From Octopus vulgaris (Eukaryota), in assembly GCA_951406725.2 (NCBI GenBank), contig OX597824.1:60078001-60142000 (forward strand): a stretch of 64,000 nucleotides of DNA, read 5' to 3'. Below, one piece after another: positions 40,340 to 53,130 of this stretch. Under the pieces are notes generated by a model. The model had not been told where the DNA came from. It made no database searches and was given only the letters and a program-made list of their open reading frames with translations. Every line of letters begins with the position of its first letter. Within the stretch, counting starts at the first letter, position 1. The position numbers and the translations under genes were made by a program.

Positions 40340-41270
40340 CATCAAAAATGTTTGCTGCAAAACTTTAATCTGCTGCATAATATCCCTCTGTTGCACAGTT
40401 TCATTTCATTTGCTGCATTGCTTCCCTCTCTCTCTTTCATGCATAACTTTGCTATGTCTACTGCAACACTTTACTCTTCTGCACAGCTTCTCTCTCTCTC
40501 TGTTGCACAATTTGACAATGTTGCATAACTTTAACTTCTTTGATGCACAACTTTATTCCATCTGTTGCATATTTTTATCTTTCTGCTACATAACTTTCCT
40601 GTCTGTTGCATGCATAAGTTTACGATCTGCTGCATAAATTTCTATCTATTTACTGCACAGCATCCTTCTATCTTCTACATAAATTCCATTATCTCATCAA
40701 ATTTACACTGTCTAATGCTCTGCTTCATTCTATATACAATATAACATTTTCTGCTGCATATCTTTCCTGCACCTCATGCACAACCTGACTCTAACAGCTG
40801 TATAATTTTACTGTCATATATTCTATTTTCCATTGACTGCTGCACACCTACATTGTAACATAACTTCAGATTAATTAATGCAGACACGACGTATAAGATC
40901 ACTATCTACTGTATAATTCCACATTGTCTATTGCACATCTTTACTCTGTTACATATCTTCATATTGGTTTTAAATATTTTGGCACAAGGCCAGGAAGTGC
41001 AGGGGAGGGGATAAGTCAATTACACATCCCCAGTATTCAACTGGTACTTATTTTACGGACACCGAAAGGATGAAAAGTCAACCTTGGCCTAATTTGAACA
41101 CAGAACATAAAGACAGACAAAATGCTGCTAAATATTTTGCATGCTAACAATTCTGTCAGCTTACCACCTTACATCTTCAAATTAAAGTATATTTATTATA
41201 TAGCTTCACTCTATCTGCTGCACAACTTCAGCTTAAAATGCATTTGCTGTACAACTTCACTTGTTTGTTA
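40340..41270. repeat. Degenerate ~22-bp minisatellite (tctgctgcataacttt core), interrupted by a SINE
   Basis: Recurring tgctgcataa/tgttgcacaa + cttt units. Confidence 0.75.
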
Positions 41271-41529
41271 CACTGTGTCCTAACATCTCCTGAACATGAG
41301 CCTAAATATATAGATAAACAATGATTGAATATTGCATTGAGAATTCGTTTTAACTTAGTAAGGCAGTCTCACAACCACTTAAAGATAGTCAGCTACTAAC
41401 AGAGTGAAACTAGGCAGTAAAAAATTATGTAGTGTTGCCAAAGATAGTAAAACTAATCCTATCTGCACTCTTTCATGGTTCTATAGATTAGTGACTTGTG
41501 GAACTGTACCAAATAGTTGTTATATATGT

Positions 41530-41825
41530 ATGAGAAGCACATGGCTCACTGGTTAGAGCATTGGGCTTACAATCGAGTGATTGTGAGTTCAATTCCCAGA
41601 CTGGACTGTGTGTTGTATTCTTGAGCAAGGCACTTTATTTCACGTTGCTCCAGTTCACTCAGCTATAGAAATGAGTTGCAACATCACCCTGTGTCAAGGA
41701 GAGGAGAGATTAGTATGTATGGTTGATTGCTGGTCTTCTACAAACAGCCTAACTCAGACTTGTGCCTTGGTGGGGAACTTCTAGGTGCAATCCCAAGGTC
41801 ATTCATGACTGAAGGGACTTTTTAA
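41530..41825 (+). mobile_element. tRNA-derived SINE (family C); opposite-orientation copy at ~42575-42886
   Basis: A-box tggctcactggttagagc, B-box gagttcaattccc, shared body cttgagcaaggcactttat...cactcagct.tagaaatgagttg. Confidence 0.75.
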
Positions 41826-42886
41826 TGTATGAAGGGACTTTTTAACCATTGTGAAGATCGAAATGAATTATAACCCATGAATAAGAAACCATTGACAGTG
41901 AAAAATAAGGATAAATTATTTTAAACCAACTCATAATAAAATACAACTTGCTCATTGGCTTCGAAATAGGGGTACAGGGGCACCTCTTAAAATTTTGGGG
42001 GAGCAATTAAAAAGCATTGAACATCTTCTTGAAAAACTTCATCATAGAAACATTTTTGGACTAATCTAAAACATTACTTTTCCATTATTGGATTTATTTA
42101 ATTTGATTGATGTACAACTATAATGGTTTCAAATTTTGGCACAGGGCCAGAAATTTTGTGGGGAGGGGTTCAGTTGATTACATTGACCCCATTGATCAAA
42201 TAGTACTTATGTTATCAACTCTAAAAGCGATGAAAGGCAAAGTCAACTTCAGTGGAATTTGAATTCAGAACATAAAGACTGAAGAAATACACTAAGCTAC
42301 TGTAGCCTCAGATTAATGAATATCTTCAAAGTGAAATCTGATAGATATAAGCTATATGGAATCCCATCATATGTATGTATGCATTTCTGTCTTTGAAGGT
42401 GCAAACCCAACAGATGATTTGTTAACAGAGTTTAGTTGCTTGGAGGTTATAGTATGGTAGAAGGTACAGCACAGTGGGACTGAACCCCAAACCACATGAT
42501 TCAGAAGTGAACTTCTTAAAAATACAGTGAAGTCTGTGTGTGTGTGTGTGTGTGTATATATATAAAGAGTAAAGAACCTCTTCAGTCAGGAATGACCTTA
42601 GGATTGCTTCTAGAAAGTTCCCCTCCTAGGCACAAGTCCAGGCAAGGTTGTTCATAGATCAGCAGTTGCCCATGCATACCAGCCTCTCCATGCCATCAAT
42701 GTTAACCAAGGGAAAGGCAAAGGCTAATACAGCTTGGCACCAGTGATGTCACAACTCATTTCTACAGCTGAGTAAATTGGAGTAATGTGGAGTAAAGTGT
42801 CATGCTGAAGAACACAACACACAGCCTGGTCCAGGGATCAAACTCACTACCTCATGATTGTGAGCGCAATACTCTAACCACTGACC

Positions 42887-42917
<31 letters not shown>

Positions 42918-44081
42918 TTATACACATTTATCCAATTCATGCCATCATGTAAAACAATGGACAGAAAAATGAAATGGATACATACACACACACACATATA
43001 TATATATATTTACACACACAAACATACATATGAATATGTGCATGTGTCTATAAATATCTATCACCATATTTCCTGTCCATGTGCCTTATTTTGGTTGAAG
43101 GCTAGCAGCCAGCTATTTACAATAAAAGCAGACAATTTTCACACTTATACTTTGAATACCAAAGTTAAACATTTTTAGATGAATAAAACAATATATTTGA
43201 TTCTCAGCAATTGTTTCTCATTACAGCAATTATTCAGTTAAAATTTGAAAACAATAATTTAAATAAATTTAAACACAGTGCATTCTGAAACATAATTATC
43301 AAATTTTCTAAATTTTCAATAAATAAATTCTGTGAAATACAACAGTAACAATGGAAAAATTTCTTTGCTCATACTATTTTGATGGCATACACAGAGTAAA
43401 ATTACATTCCTAAATAGAAAACTACATTCCTAAATATTCTTTCTGTATTTCAACAGAGAACCATTCTAGCTACTGACCTTATCTCACCTTCAGCCATAAT
43501 GCAGATTACATCAATTACAATACTACAATAGTTACTCTAGATCAGATGTTCATAAAACAGCAGAATATGTTTTTAAAATTCCAATTGCCATCATGAAACA
43601 AGGTAAAAGTATTGAAGCTTAAGTCACAATTCAACACAACTTCACCAGACACTGTAAATTTCAAACTGTAACTGATGTCAAAAAATATATATTAGTAATA
43701 GAGGCAGAAGATTTTGTTGTATTTAGGAATGGTCATGTTGCCAGTGTAGTCAGAATCTTGCAAAACAAATATATAAACGTAACAGAGGCAGAAGAGTTGT
43801 CTATAAATGCTTATCAATATAGGATTTCATTATAGGGACAACTCTTCTGTGAAATGATTGTAAGATGCTTTAAATAATTAATCCAAAACTTTTAAAGTGT
43901 CATATACATTATATATTTATATTTATTTATTTACATATTTTTAATACAACAATCATTCTTCACATGTGTATATCTTTCTGAGGAGTTTTGATATTGATTT
44001 CCTAATATTAATAATAATATATTATTAAAAATATATATATATATATAATAGAGGCAGTATTAATAGTGAAAGGCAATATTT

Positions 44082-44360
44082 ATGCTTTATGAGGAACCTC
44101 TTACCATAGTAAAGAAACACAAGCTCAGGTCGTTCAGGCACGTCACCCACTCATCAGAGATGGCCAAGACAGTCCTTCGGGGAACATTCAAAGGTAGCAG
44201 AGGAAGAGGTGGGGAAGCAAACACCTATGAGTGGACAGGCCTAAAGATGAGAAATGCATTGCAAGAGGCAGAAGACAGAGACGAGTGGAGGGATCTGGTT
44301 ATAAAGTCATCAGTGGTGTCCCAACATTCAGCCAGACTACAGGATATGTAATGTAAAAAA
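44082..44360 (+). mobile_element. RTE-group LINE C-terminal fragment
   Basis: PLTIVKKHKLRSFRHVTH..KTVLRGTFKGSRGRG..EWTGL..AEDRDEWR. Confidence 0.7.
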
Positions 44361-44685
44361 GGTGGACAATGTAAGTCATGTGCCAGAATTAAACTAGAAC
44401 ACAAGCTAGGCTAAATATTTGAATGCAGTTTTTCATTCAAACAACAGTATGTTTTAAAAAGAAAAAGATGGAGAATCATTCTGTATTTAGTTACCAGGAC
44501 AATTCAAAGACATTGCTGCAATGTTGAGATGAGAGATTCTTGCAAACCTCCTTGAAACTGGTGACACTACTCAAATTTGAGTGAAGTATTAATGTATTTA
44601 GTTCATCATACACATATTGATTGTAGCTTTTGAAGAATATTAAGGTTGATAATATGGCTCCCTTTAACCAATGTCATTGTCGTCA

Positions 44686-45232
44686 TCATCATCATCATCA
44701 TCGATTAACGTCTTTTTCAATGCTGGCATGGGTTGGATGGTTTGACCGGGAACTGGCAAGCCAGGAGGCTGCACCAGGCTCCGATCTGATCTGGCAAGGT
44801 TTCTACAGCTGGATGCCCTTCCTAATGTCAACCACTCCGAGAGTGTAGTGGGTGCTTTTTATGTACCACTGGCACAAGAGCCAGTCAGGCAGCACTGGCA
44901 TCAGCCACATTCAGATGGGTTTTTTTTCACATGCCACCGGCACAGGGTCCAGTCAGGGTGGGGTGGGGAGCTGCATCAACCATGTTCGGATGGTGCTTTT
45001 TACATGCCACCGGCACAGGGAGCCAATCAGGTGGCACTGGCATTGACCCACACATGAATGGTGCTTATTACATGCCACCAGCATGGGAGCCAGTCATAGT
45101 TGGGCTATGACCTTCATCAACTGATCCAGCAGTTTGATACCCCTGTAGTTATTTCTATCTAAAGCATCACCTTTACCTTTGTAGCAGTTGACTATGGTGC
45201 TTCTACACCAGTCATTGGGTATGACTCCTTCA
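44686..45232 (-). mobile_element. RTE LINE remnant: RT N-terminal fragment fused to RTE 3' UTR/(GAT)n tail
   Basis: EGVIPNDWCRSTIVNCYKGKGDALDRNNYRGIKLLDQLMKV, joined directly to ~50-bp ggtgcttttacatgccaccggcac repeats and a (CAT)n tail. Confidence 0.8.
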
Positions 45233-45275
45233 GTTATGAAAAGTGTGGTTATGGAAAGTGACCAATTTTTTATTT

Positions 45276-45641
45276 GCAGTATGGCATGTTCTGTTCTTTC
45301 TGAATAAAAAGAACATTCAGAGTAGTGGCCAGTTAACACCAAAATGGTATCTTCACCTATAGATTGATTTCTTCATGGGAACAAGAAGACATTCATTGCT
45401 AAAAGAGCTGAACTTTATTTTAGCTGAAATTTCAGATGGCACAGTAAGAGAGAGGGAATATGTCACTAGTTAACTTCTGCATTTCTCTGAACAGCTTCCA
45501 GAAAACAAGTTTGGGTGACACAATTTGGAATAAGCTGTTGCAAATTTAATCAATCTATAGGTGAAGATGTCATTTTGTGTTAACTAGCACCTGCTCTGAA
45601 TGTTCTGCTTGTTCAGAAAGAACAAAACATGCCATACTACA
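45276..45641. repeat. MITE-like long imperfect inverted repeat
   Basis: 45276-45370 is the reverse complement of 45548-45641 (gtatggcatgtt...ttcacctatagattgatt). Confidence 0.75.
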
Positions 45642-45671
45642 TCGGTTGATGGAAATTGAAAGAAGCCTGTC

Positions 45672-45704
<33 letters not shown>

Positions 45705-45880
45705 TAACTTAGAGATAAAACCACTATTAGGCAAATCAAACAGTGAAAATCATAAACCAATAACTAGTGGTTTTATCTCTAATTTAATATAATATATATA
45801 TATATATATTTATACTATAAAATTGGATTTAATCTTAAATCTAATTTTTCCCTGTAAGTTTGGATTTACTCCCTAATATT

Positions 45881-45912
<32 letters not shown>

Positions 45913-46789
45913 TTTAAAATGAATAAAATTACCACACAAGAACACGGAGTTTCTACCCTTGGCATGTAGCTTCAACCGTGTTTTCTGACGTGAATTTGCT
46001 ACCCAGGTATCAGTTAACCGAATTATCAATACTAGGATAATTCATTCACCTACTTATATATATATATATATATGCATGTATATATACATACATGTGTGTG
46101 TGTTTGCCCCCCCCCCCCCCCACTGCTAGACAAGTGGTGCTGGTGTGTTTACATCTCCATAACTTAGTGGTGATAAGTACCAGGCCTTAAAAAATGAGTA
46201 CTGGGGTTGATACATTTGACTAAAAATCCCTCAAGGTGGTGCCTCAGCATGGCCACAGCCTAATTAATGACTGAAACAAGTAAAAAATCAAAACAAAAAA
46301 GAAAAAGAGATGTATGTGAGCATATCTATATTTCTCTGTCTGTCTGTTTCTCTCTCTCTCTCTATATATATATGTACACATACAGGTGTGTGTATATGAA
46401 TGTATGCCCATGTGAATGTGATAATCTGATGCTTATTTGTACAGCTGGTTGCCCTTGCTGACACTCACCACTCTACTATGATGGGTTGGAAACTTGTACC
46501 AACTCCACCGACTGAGGCAGTGTGAGCTACGTATCCCAATTGACTATGGTTACACTTGATCCAATGACTGTGTGGTTGGTAGTTTAGCATTTAAATTGAC
46601 AAATATTCTTGTTCATTTACATATATACATATACACATATATATATACATACAAACCCTTATACAAAGACACACAGATGTATATACACAATTAACAAAAC
46701 TCCAAGTTTTTACATAAGTATCAGGATAAAACATTGTTTGTAGATTTTTATTACCAAACAAATTAATAATAAAGCAGAATACTTGTAGA

Positions 46790-47430
46790 GTACTGTATAA
46801 ATGCATATAGTATAGTAGTGAATTATATAATATAGTGCAGTGCAGTACTTTGCAGAATAGGGGTAGCTTATCCTGTTCAGGCTATATTATTAGCATTATC
46901 CTGCATTTGAGAATTTAAAATCACTTCTTTAACTTTCTAAGACATCTCAATGCTTCTAAAGCAAACTTCATTTGTTTGTTTACGTTCATCGTAATTTGAA
47001 TTTATAATATGGTATATTGCAATATATACTACAATATAATACATTACTGTAGAGTAGAGCACAATACTATAAACTGTACTATGAGGAAAACATCAGTGTT
47101 TGAGATACACATCGGTCAACATCAACATGTGGCCTTAAGGAAGACAAATCAATACAGTACAGTATGGTAGAGTACATTACATTACAGAACAATAAGGCAG
47201 AATTCAATATGGTAGAGTACAGTACATTACAAGAAAAAAATGTACTACGTATTGCTTGTGAAGAAAATATCTGTTTGGTACATACTGCACTCCAGTCAAC
47301 ATAATAAATGTGGTAGAGTACAACATGCAGTGTAGTAGAGTACCACATGGTAGAGTACAGTCCATTGGAATACATTGTAAGAGAGTATAGTACGGTAAAA
47401 TACAGTATCTCTGAGTAAAGTACAGTATTA
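46790..47430. repeat. Degenerate pentamer (AGTAC/TACAG) satellite in the putative COQ6 3' UTR
   Basis: Repeated atggtagagtaca(g)tacattaca units downstream of the COQ6 stop. Confidence 0.65.
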
Positions 47431-47475
47431 GTATCCAAGATATTTGAAGTTGAAATCACTCTAAAATAGTTTTCA

Positions 47476-47508
47476 CTAGGAATGAGTTGCTGTCTGGATG
47501 AATTTATC
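47476..47508 (-). CDS. COQ6: COQ6 last coding exon (DKFIQTATHS*)
   Basis: Poly-T acceptor ttttttttcag, phase 0, TAG at 47476-47478. Corresponds to human EQIMAFASK*. Confidence 0.85.
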   Translation of the reverse strand, partial: DKFIQTATHS

Positions 47509-47706
47509 CTGAAAAAAAAAAAGAAATAATAAATAAATGAACAAGAAGGAGGAGGAGGAGGAAGATTTGTAACTGAGGCACTACTTGACAACTATTGTTG
47601 GTGTGTTTATGTCCACATAACTTAGTGATTCAGCAAAAGAGACTGATAGAATAAGTATGTGGCTTTAAAAAAAAGGTACTGGGTTCAAATTATTCGATTA
47701 AAAATT

Positions 47707-48230
47707 TGTAGTGACACCTGGTTTCAAATGCTGCTTTGGGATTTTCATCCACGCATGGGCAGGGATTAGAGCCTTCCGGAAGCCCCTTATGCATATGCAC
47801 AGTCACCAGCAGCAGCTAGGCTTGACCGCCATTCTCCCTCTCTTTGGCCCCGGCTTCTGACCAGACAGGATGCAACTTAGACCAGCTCCGTGGAGCTGGA
47901 ATTCTGAAGGCGATCCATGACTTCAGCGAATCTGTGAAGTATGCCTTCACAATCGTGATTAAACTGTCTCTGCTGCTTCCGCACCAAGGCGACCTAGCTA
48001 CTGATTGTCCAGAGATGTAACGCTTGTACAGACAGAAAAATAAATATTGTTATTTGTTCAGAGATTCTTGTTCCTGTTATTTTCCTTTCCACGACTATGT
48101 AAGGAATTTTGAGGCACCAATCCAGTGCCAACCTCACTTCCTACAATTGGTGACCCTGATGAAGAACATTAGCAGCCAAGACTCTGACTAGTGCCTGTTT
48201 TCACAATGGTGAAAGGAAAAATGGAGCTTA
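47707..48230 (+). mobile_element. LTR retrotransposon 5' LTR (47707-48145) + PBS + short internal stub, inserted into a SINE
   Basis: TGTAG...CTACA termini, internal AATAAA near 48039, then TGGTGACCCTGATG at 48148-48161 (tRNA-Trp-like PBS). SINE sequence is interrupted at 47706 and resumes near 48230. Confidence 0.8.
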
Positions 48231-48294
48231 TTCAAGGTGGTGCTCCAGCATGGCTGCAGTCTAATTACTGAAACAAATTAAAAATAAAAGATAT

Positions 48295-48792
48295 ATCATC
48301 ATCATCATCGTTAAACGTCCGCTTTCCACGCTAGCATGGGTTGGACGGTTCAACTGGGGTCTGGGAAGCCAGAAGGCTGCACCAGGCCCAGTCTGATCTG
48401 GTAGTGTTTCTACAGCTGGATGCCCTTCCTAACACCAGCCACTCCATGAGTGTAGTGGGTGCTTTTTACGTGCCATATGAGGCTGGCAATGGCCATGATT
48501 GGATGGTGCTTTTTACGTGCCACCGACACGGAGGCCAGTCGGGGCTGCGCTGGCAACGGCCATATTCAGATGGTTCTCTTACGTGCCACCGGCATTGGTA
48601 TCACAACTACAATTTCCATTGATTTTGATTTCACTTACCTCAACAGGTCTTCGCAAGTAGAGTTTTGTGTCCCAAGAAGGAAAGGTATGCATAAGTGGAC
48701 TGGTTGCATCCCAGGTAGAGGCCATGGGTTATAGTCTCACTTGTCCTGCCGGGTCTTCTCACGCACAGCATACTTCCAAAGGTCTCGGTCAC
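48295..48792 (-). mobile_element. Young 5'-truncated RTE LINE 3' end
   Basis: (CAT)n tail, retained CpGs, DRDLWKYAVREKTR at its 5' side. Related copies at ~23600-24070(+), 34917-35075(+), 59018-59225(-). Confidence 0.75.
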
Positions 48793-48797
48793 TATAC

Positions 48798-48828
<31 letters not shown>

Positions 48829-49336
48829 CTAGCAGAAAACTAGGCAGGGGATAGTATTTCTGCTAGTAATAACAACAGTAATTTCTAATTTAGGCACAAG
48901 GCTGGAAGAATGAATGGCAAACTTGAGCTTCATAGGATTTGAACTCATTACTGCAAGGCATTTTTCTGACACTCTCACAATTCTGCAACTTCATCTGTGC
49001 TGCTGTTATTTAGCCCCACATCAGTATTGAATGAGCAGACCTCCGATCAAATGTGTTGAATATGTAATTATCCCATTTTATTTTTAGGTGTAATGTGTCT
49101 AGGATCATATTATCCAGGCTATACATGTCCTTCCTGTTCTAAGATGGTAAGCTGTAATTTTAGGGGTATTTGGTGGCTCTTTGTAGCACGTGAAATTACT
49201 CTCAATTTCACTTGTAATAATGATATTGCTAGTGATGATGACAATGATGATGATGATAACGATAATGATGATGATGATGAATTGATGATGAAGATGACAG
49301 TGACTACGTCTAAAAAGAGGGAAAACAGAAAATCAC

Positions 49337-49503
49337 CTTGATGAATGTACTGGAATTGGTTGCCTGCAAACCAAGTGTTCTGAGGACCACTAATGGACTG
49401 AAATGTGTTCCATACAGCTTTTGTAGACCATCTATAGCGGCAACAATAGGCAAAACATCTCTTTGGCGTTGTGATTCATATGACAACAGATGGTTTAAAG
49501 AGC
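49337..49503 (-). CDS. COQ6: COQ6 penultimate coding exon
   Basis: ttctgtag| (G)SLNHLLSYESQRQRDVLPIVAAIDGLQKLYGTHFSPLVVLRTLGLQATNSSTFIK |GTGATT. Resembles human HLTGYETERQR..LKRLYS..SPLVLLRTWGLQATN; phase fits the previous exon. Confidence 0.95.
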
Positions 49504-50315
49504 CTACAGAATGACACAAATAGCATGGCAGGATGAATAACTGAATGTAAAACAATTGAAAGAAGTTTGAACCAAGTGAAAGTCATCTTTACTATTGGTT
49601 AGATGATTAATTAGTAATGGACATCTAGTAATTAATAATAACTTGGGGCATACTAACATGTTTAGTGAGAAACTTAAATACAGGAAACATTGTACATTGT
49701 GTGTGTGTGAGAGAGATTTGAAAATGCCCTGTAAGTATTAATGTAGCAAGGACAGTGGACAGGCAGAATTGTTAGAGCCTCGCAGTATTTCAGTTTCCAT
49801 CAATCAAATCTACTTACAAGGTGTTCATCAAACCTGGGGTATAGTAGAAGACACTTGCTTAAGGTGCCTATCTATGCCTCTGTGTGCATGTGTAACAGAA
49901 TATATATATTTATATATTACCTTTTATCTTTTATTTCAGTCACTAGATTGCAGCCATGTAATAATTGTACGAGTCGACCATAGTACTTCTATTTTAAGCC
50001 TAGTACTTATTCGAACAGTCTCTTCTGCCAAACCACTAAGTTATGAGGATGTACACAAAGTAGTGATGGAGGATAAACAGAGACACAAACACATAAGTAT
50101 ATATACAATGGGCTTCTTTTAGTTTCCGTCCATCAAATCCAATCACAGGGCTTTGGATTGCCTCGGGCTATAGTAAAAGACACTTATCCAAAGTGCCATG
50201 CAGTAGGACTGAACCCAGAACCATGTGGTTGAGCAGCAAACTTCTTACCTTGGGCTCAACAAGGCTTTATGAGTAGATTTGGCAGACAGAAATTATATAT
50301 ATATATACACACACA

Positions 50316-51597
50316 TGTCGTCTCTTTGTGTGTTTTTGCGTTCTTGTCCCACTTTGCAATTTATATTTTATATTTAATTTCTATACATATATTATTGCGG
50401 CGTAACGTACCCCTATCTCCTATGTATACACATTTTACCTTGTACGACGTCTTTACACACACTCTCTCTATAGTCTGTGTCTTTCTCTTTCCTTGCCTCT
50501 GATTCTTCCCCCATTCTCATTTGCACCGTCATTTCTATTGCTAAGCCAATCCTGTTTCTTCTCCCCTCTTTGATTCCTTGTTTCTCTCTCTCTCCCCCCT
50601 GGTGCCTTCGTCCCTTTCTTTCTCTCTCTCTTTGATTCCTTGCTCCCTGCTTTTCTTTTTCATTCTCTTTCTTCCATGCTCTCACGTGACCGCCTTCAAA
50701 CTGGTCTTTTCGGCTTGACCGCTGCCATGTTAACGTTTGTTTTCGTTTGCTGCAAAGGCATTTTTCAAATACGCCAGCCAAGATAAGTTAAAAATTGTCT
50801 AAAGTCGTAAGACACCCGCTGTTTTTGTCCTCTTTACTCTTTTACTCTTTTACTTGTTTCAGTCATTTGACTGCGGCCATGCTGGAGCACCGCCTTTTAG
50901 TCGAGCAAATCGACCCCGGGACTTATTCTTTGTAAGCCTAGTACTTATTCTATCGGGTACTTTTGCCGAACCGCTAAGTTACGGGGACGTAAACACACCA
51001 GCATCAGTTGTCAAGCAATGCTAGGGGGACAAACACAGACACACAAACATATACACACACACTAATATATATATACATATATACGACAGGCTTCTTTCAG
51101 TTTCCGTCTACCAAATCCACTCACAAGGCATTGGTCGGCCCGGGGTTATAGCAGAAGACACTTGCCCAAGATGCCACGCAGTGGGACTGAACCCGGAACC
51201 ATGTGGTTGGTTAGCAAGCTACTTACCACACAGCCACTCCTGCGCCTGCTTACCATTCTTGTTTACCATTCTTGTTTACCATTCTTGTTTTTTTTTCTAT
51301 TTTTTGTTTCTTGTATTTATATTAGTGTGGCATCCGGTCTTTGTTTCGTATACATTCGATCCTCTTTCCAAGAAATCTAATGCCTGTGGCTTAGTTTTTC
51401 CTTGGGGCTGGCCGGTTCGGAGCGATATCGAGATTAAACAGCCGAAATTGCTAAGATGATCCGGTTCCCGACTGAAGATTAGAGGCTTCGAGTGACCCGT
51501 CTGTTTTTTTTTTTTTTGTGTCGTCTCTTTGTGTGTTTTTGTGTTCTTGTCCCACTTTGTAATTTATATTTTATATTTAATTTCTATACATATATAT
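50316..51597. mobile_element. Element with ~78-bp direct terminal repeats (partial-tandem, Penelope-like), interrupted by a SINE
   Basis: tgtcgtctctttgtgtgtttttg.gttcttgtcccactttg.aatttatattttatatttaatttctatacatatat at 50316-50393 and 51519-51597. CpG-rich interior; microsatellite flanks. Confidence 0.6.
50831..51245 (-). mobile_element. Young full-length tRNA-derived SINE (family B, octopus OR/CORE-like) with (GTAAAAGA)n tail
   Basis: Head gcgcaggagtggctgtgtggtaag, B-box ggttcagtcc, internal (TG/TA)n, tail gtaaaagagtaaaagag, CpGs intact. Older copies at ~14355-14670, 33465-33790, 46100-46290, 51620-51790. Confidence 0.85.
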
Positions 51598-52872
51598 GTA
51601 TACATATATATACACGTGTGTGTGTGTGTCTTTGTGTCTGTGTTTGTCCTGGTAATTTAGCAGTTCAGCAAAAGAGAAGAAAATAAGCACCAGGCTTAAA
51701 AAATAAGAATGGGTTAATTCATTCGATTAAAAATTTTCAAGGTGCTGCCCCAGCATAGCCCCCAGTCTAATGACTGAACCAGGTAAAAGCTTATATATAT
51801 ATATATGATTTATAAATGTGTTTAATACTTAATTTCATATATATTTATATATATGTGTGTGCATGTATGTGAAATTATTAAAGTAAATATCATTTACAAT
51901 AAAATTTGCAGTGACTTCAGAGAAAAATTTCCACTACAGTTCCCCTGCATTCAGTGTCTTCAACTGTCACTCACTTTCACTCCATTTCTGGTACTAGTTT
52001 CCCTCTACCAGTATGACCAAGAAGACACATGTTGTGTTTTACCGTATGAGATTGTGTCAGGTGCTCTGGCATTAATAGCTTCTTGGATGACATGTTCTAG
52101 AGGTTGTGTGAGTGCTACAAGCCATTTTGGTAGGAATCCAGGATGGAATGACTTGGAAATTGTAACAAGTATATGACATGAACTTGGCTTCACTAAGAAT
52201 TGAACCTGTACCACTGCAAACTAGTGCTTGTATGTGGCTACACGACCACAACATATAAATACACAAACATACAAGAACTAATGAAGGAACTTCTTTCAAC
52301 CTGCTAAAAATACCAACTGAATCTTTTGTAAACCCTACCTTATTGTTATATAAAAAGACACATTGGATAATGTTGTCCAAGACGTACTCTCATAGAAGAT
52401 ATTGTATGGCTGGAATGACTGTGATCACAGGCCTACTTTATTGGGTTAACCTGAGGTAAAGTGGACATCACTGGTGTTAGAACTTGAAGGAATGGAACTA
52501 AACACTGAAATGCATTTTGTTTGATACTCTACTGATTCTATCAAACTAATCATCCAACTGGAATAAATATTTAATTAATTAGTAAATCTGGCTGTGTGGT
52601 TGAGAAGTTTGCATCACAACCATGTGGTTTTATATTCAGTCCCACTGTGTGGCACTTTGATCAAGTGTCTGCTACTAAAGCTTCAAGTTAGCAACAGCTT
52701 TTTGAGAGTGGATTTTGTAGACAAACTGAAGGACATCTGCCATAAGCATATATACATACATATACATGCATGCATCCATGCATACATACATACACACACA
52801 CACACACATTCAGATGGTGCTCTTAGCGCTCCACTACCATGGATGCCAGTCATGCGGTGCTGTCATCGAATT

Positions 52873-52915
<43 letters not shown>

Positions 52916-53085
52916 TAACGTAAAGTGTACTAGCCATCTGAATGTGGCTAGCCACTGGGGGTGGGGTGTTACTGACGCTTTTAGCCCCAAGAGATAGACG
53001 TCTCCAGCTGGCCTTAGAAAACAATTTCAGTGCCCTTGTGTTATTTGCAAAGGGAGGTCATCCTCCCTCGAAAACCTAAGTGATA

Positions 53086-53130
53086 CATACGGACTATAGT
53101 TTCAAGGTTTTTGCCTCTCGTCAACGCATG
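53086..53130 (-). ncRNA. Same hammerhead motif, minus-strand copy (sense to COQ6 pre-mRNA)
   Basis: Exact reverse complement of 53493-53537. Further copies in the duplicated block at 61927-61971 (-) and 62361-62405 (+). Confidence 0.75.

Noticed and set aside
40340-41270. Regularly spaced short repeats as a CRISPR-like array
   Set aside because: Degenerate minisatellite in eukaryotic DNA, with no unique spacers and no cas genes.
41530-41610. tRNA gene
   Set aside because: The A/B boxes belong to a SINE head that continues into the SINE body; no proper cloverleaf or terminator.
47079-47591. 170-aa minus ORF overlapping the COQ6 last exon
   Set aside because: It is an out-of-frame translation of intron plus pentamer-repeat 3' UTR.
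48828-48868. actagcagaaa...tttctgctagt short palindrome resembling two Helitron 3' ends
   Set aside because: Only 11-bp arms; insufficient to call.
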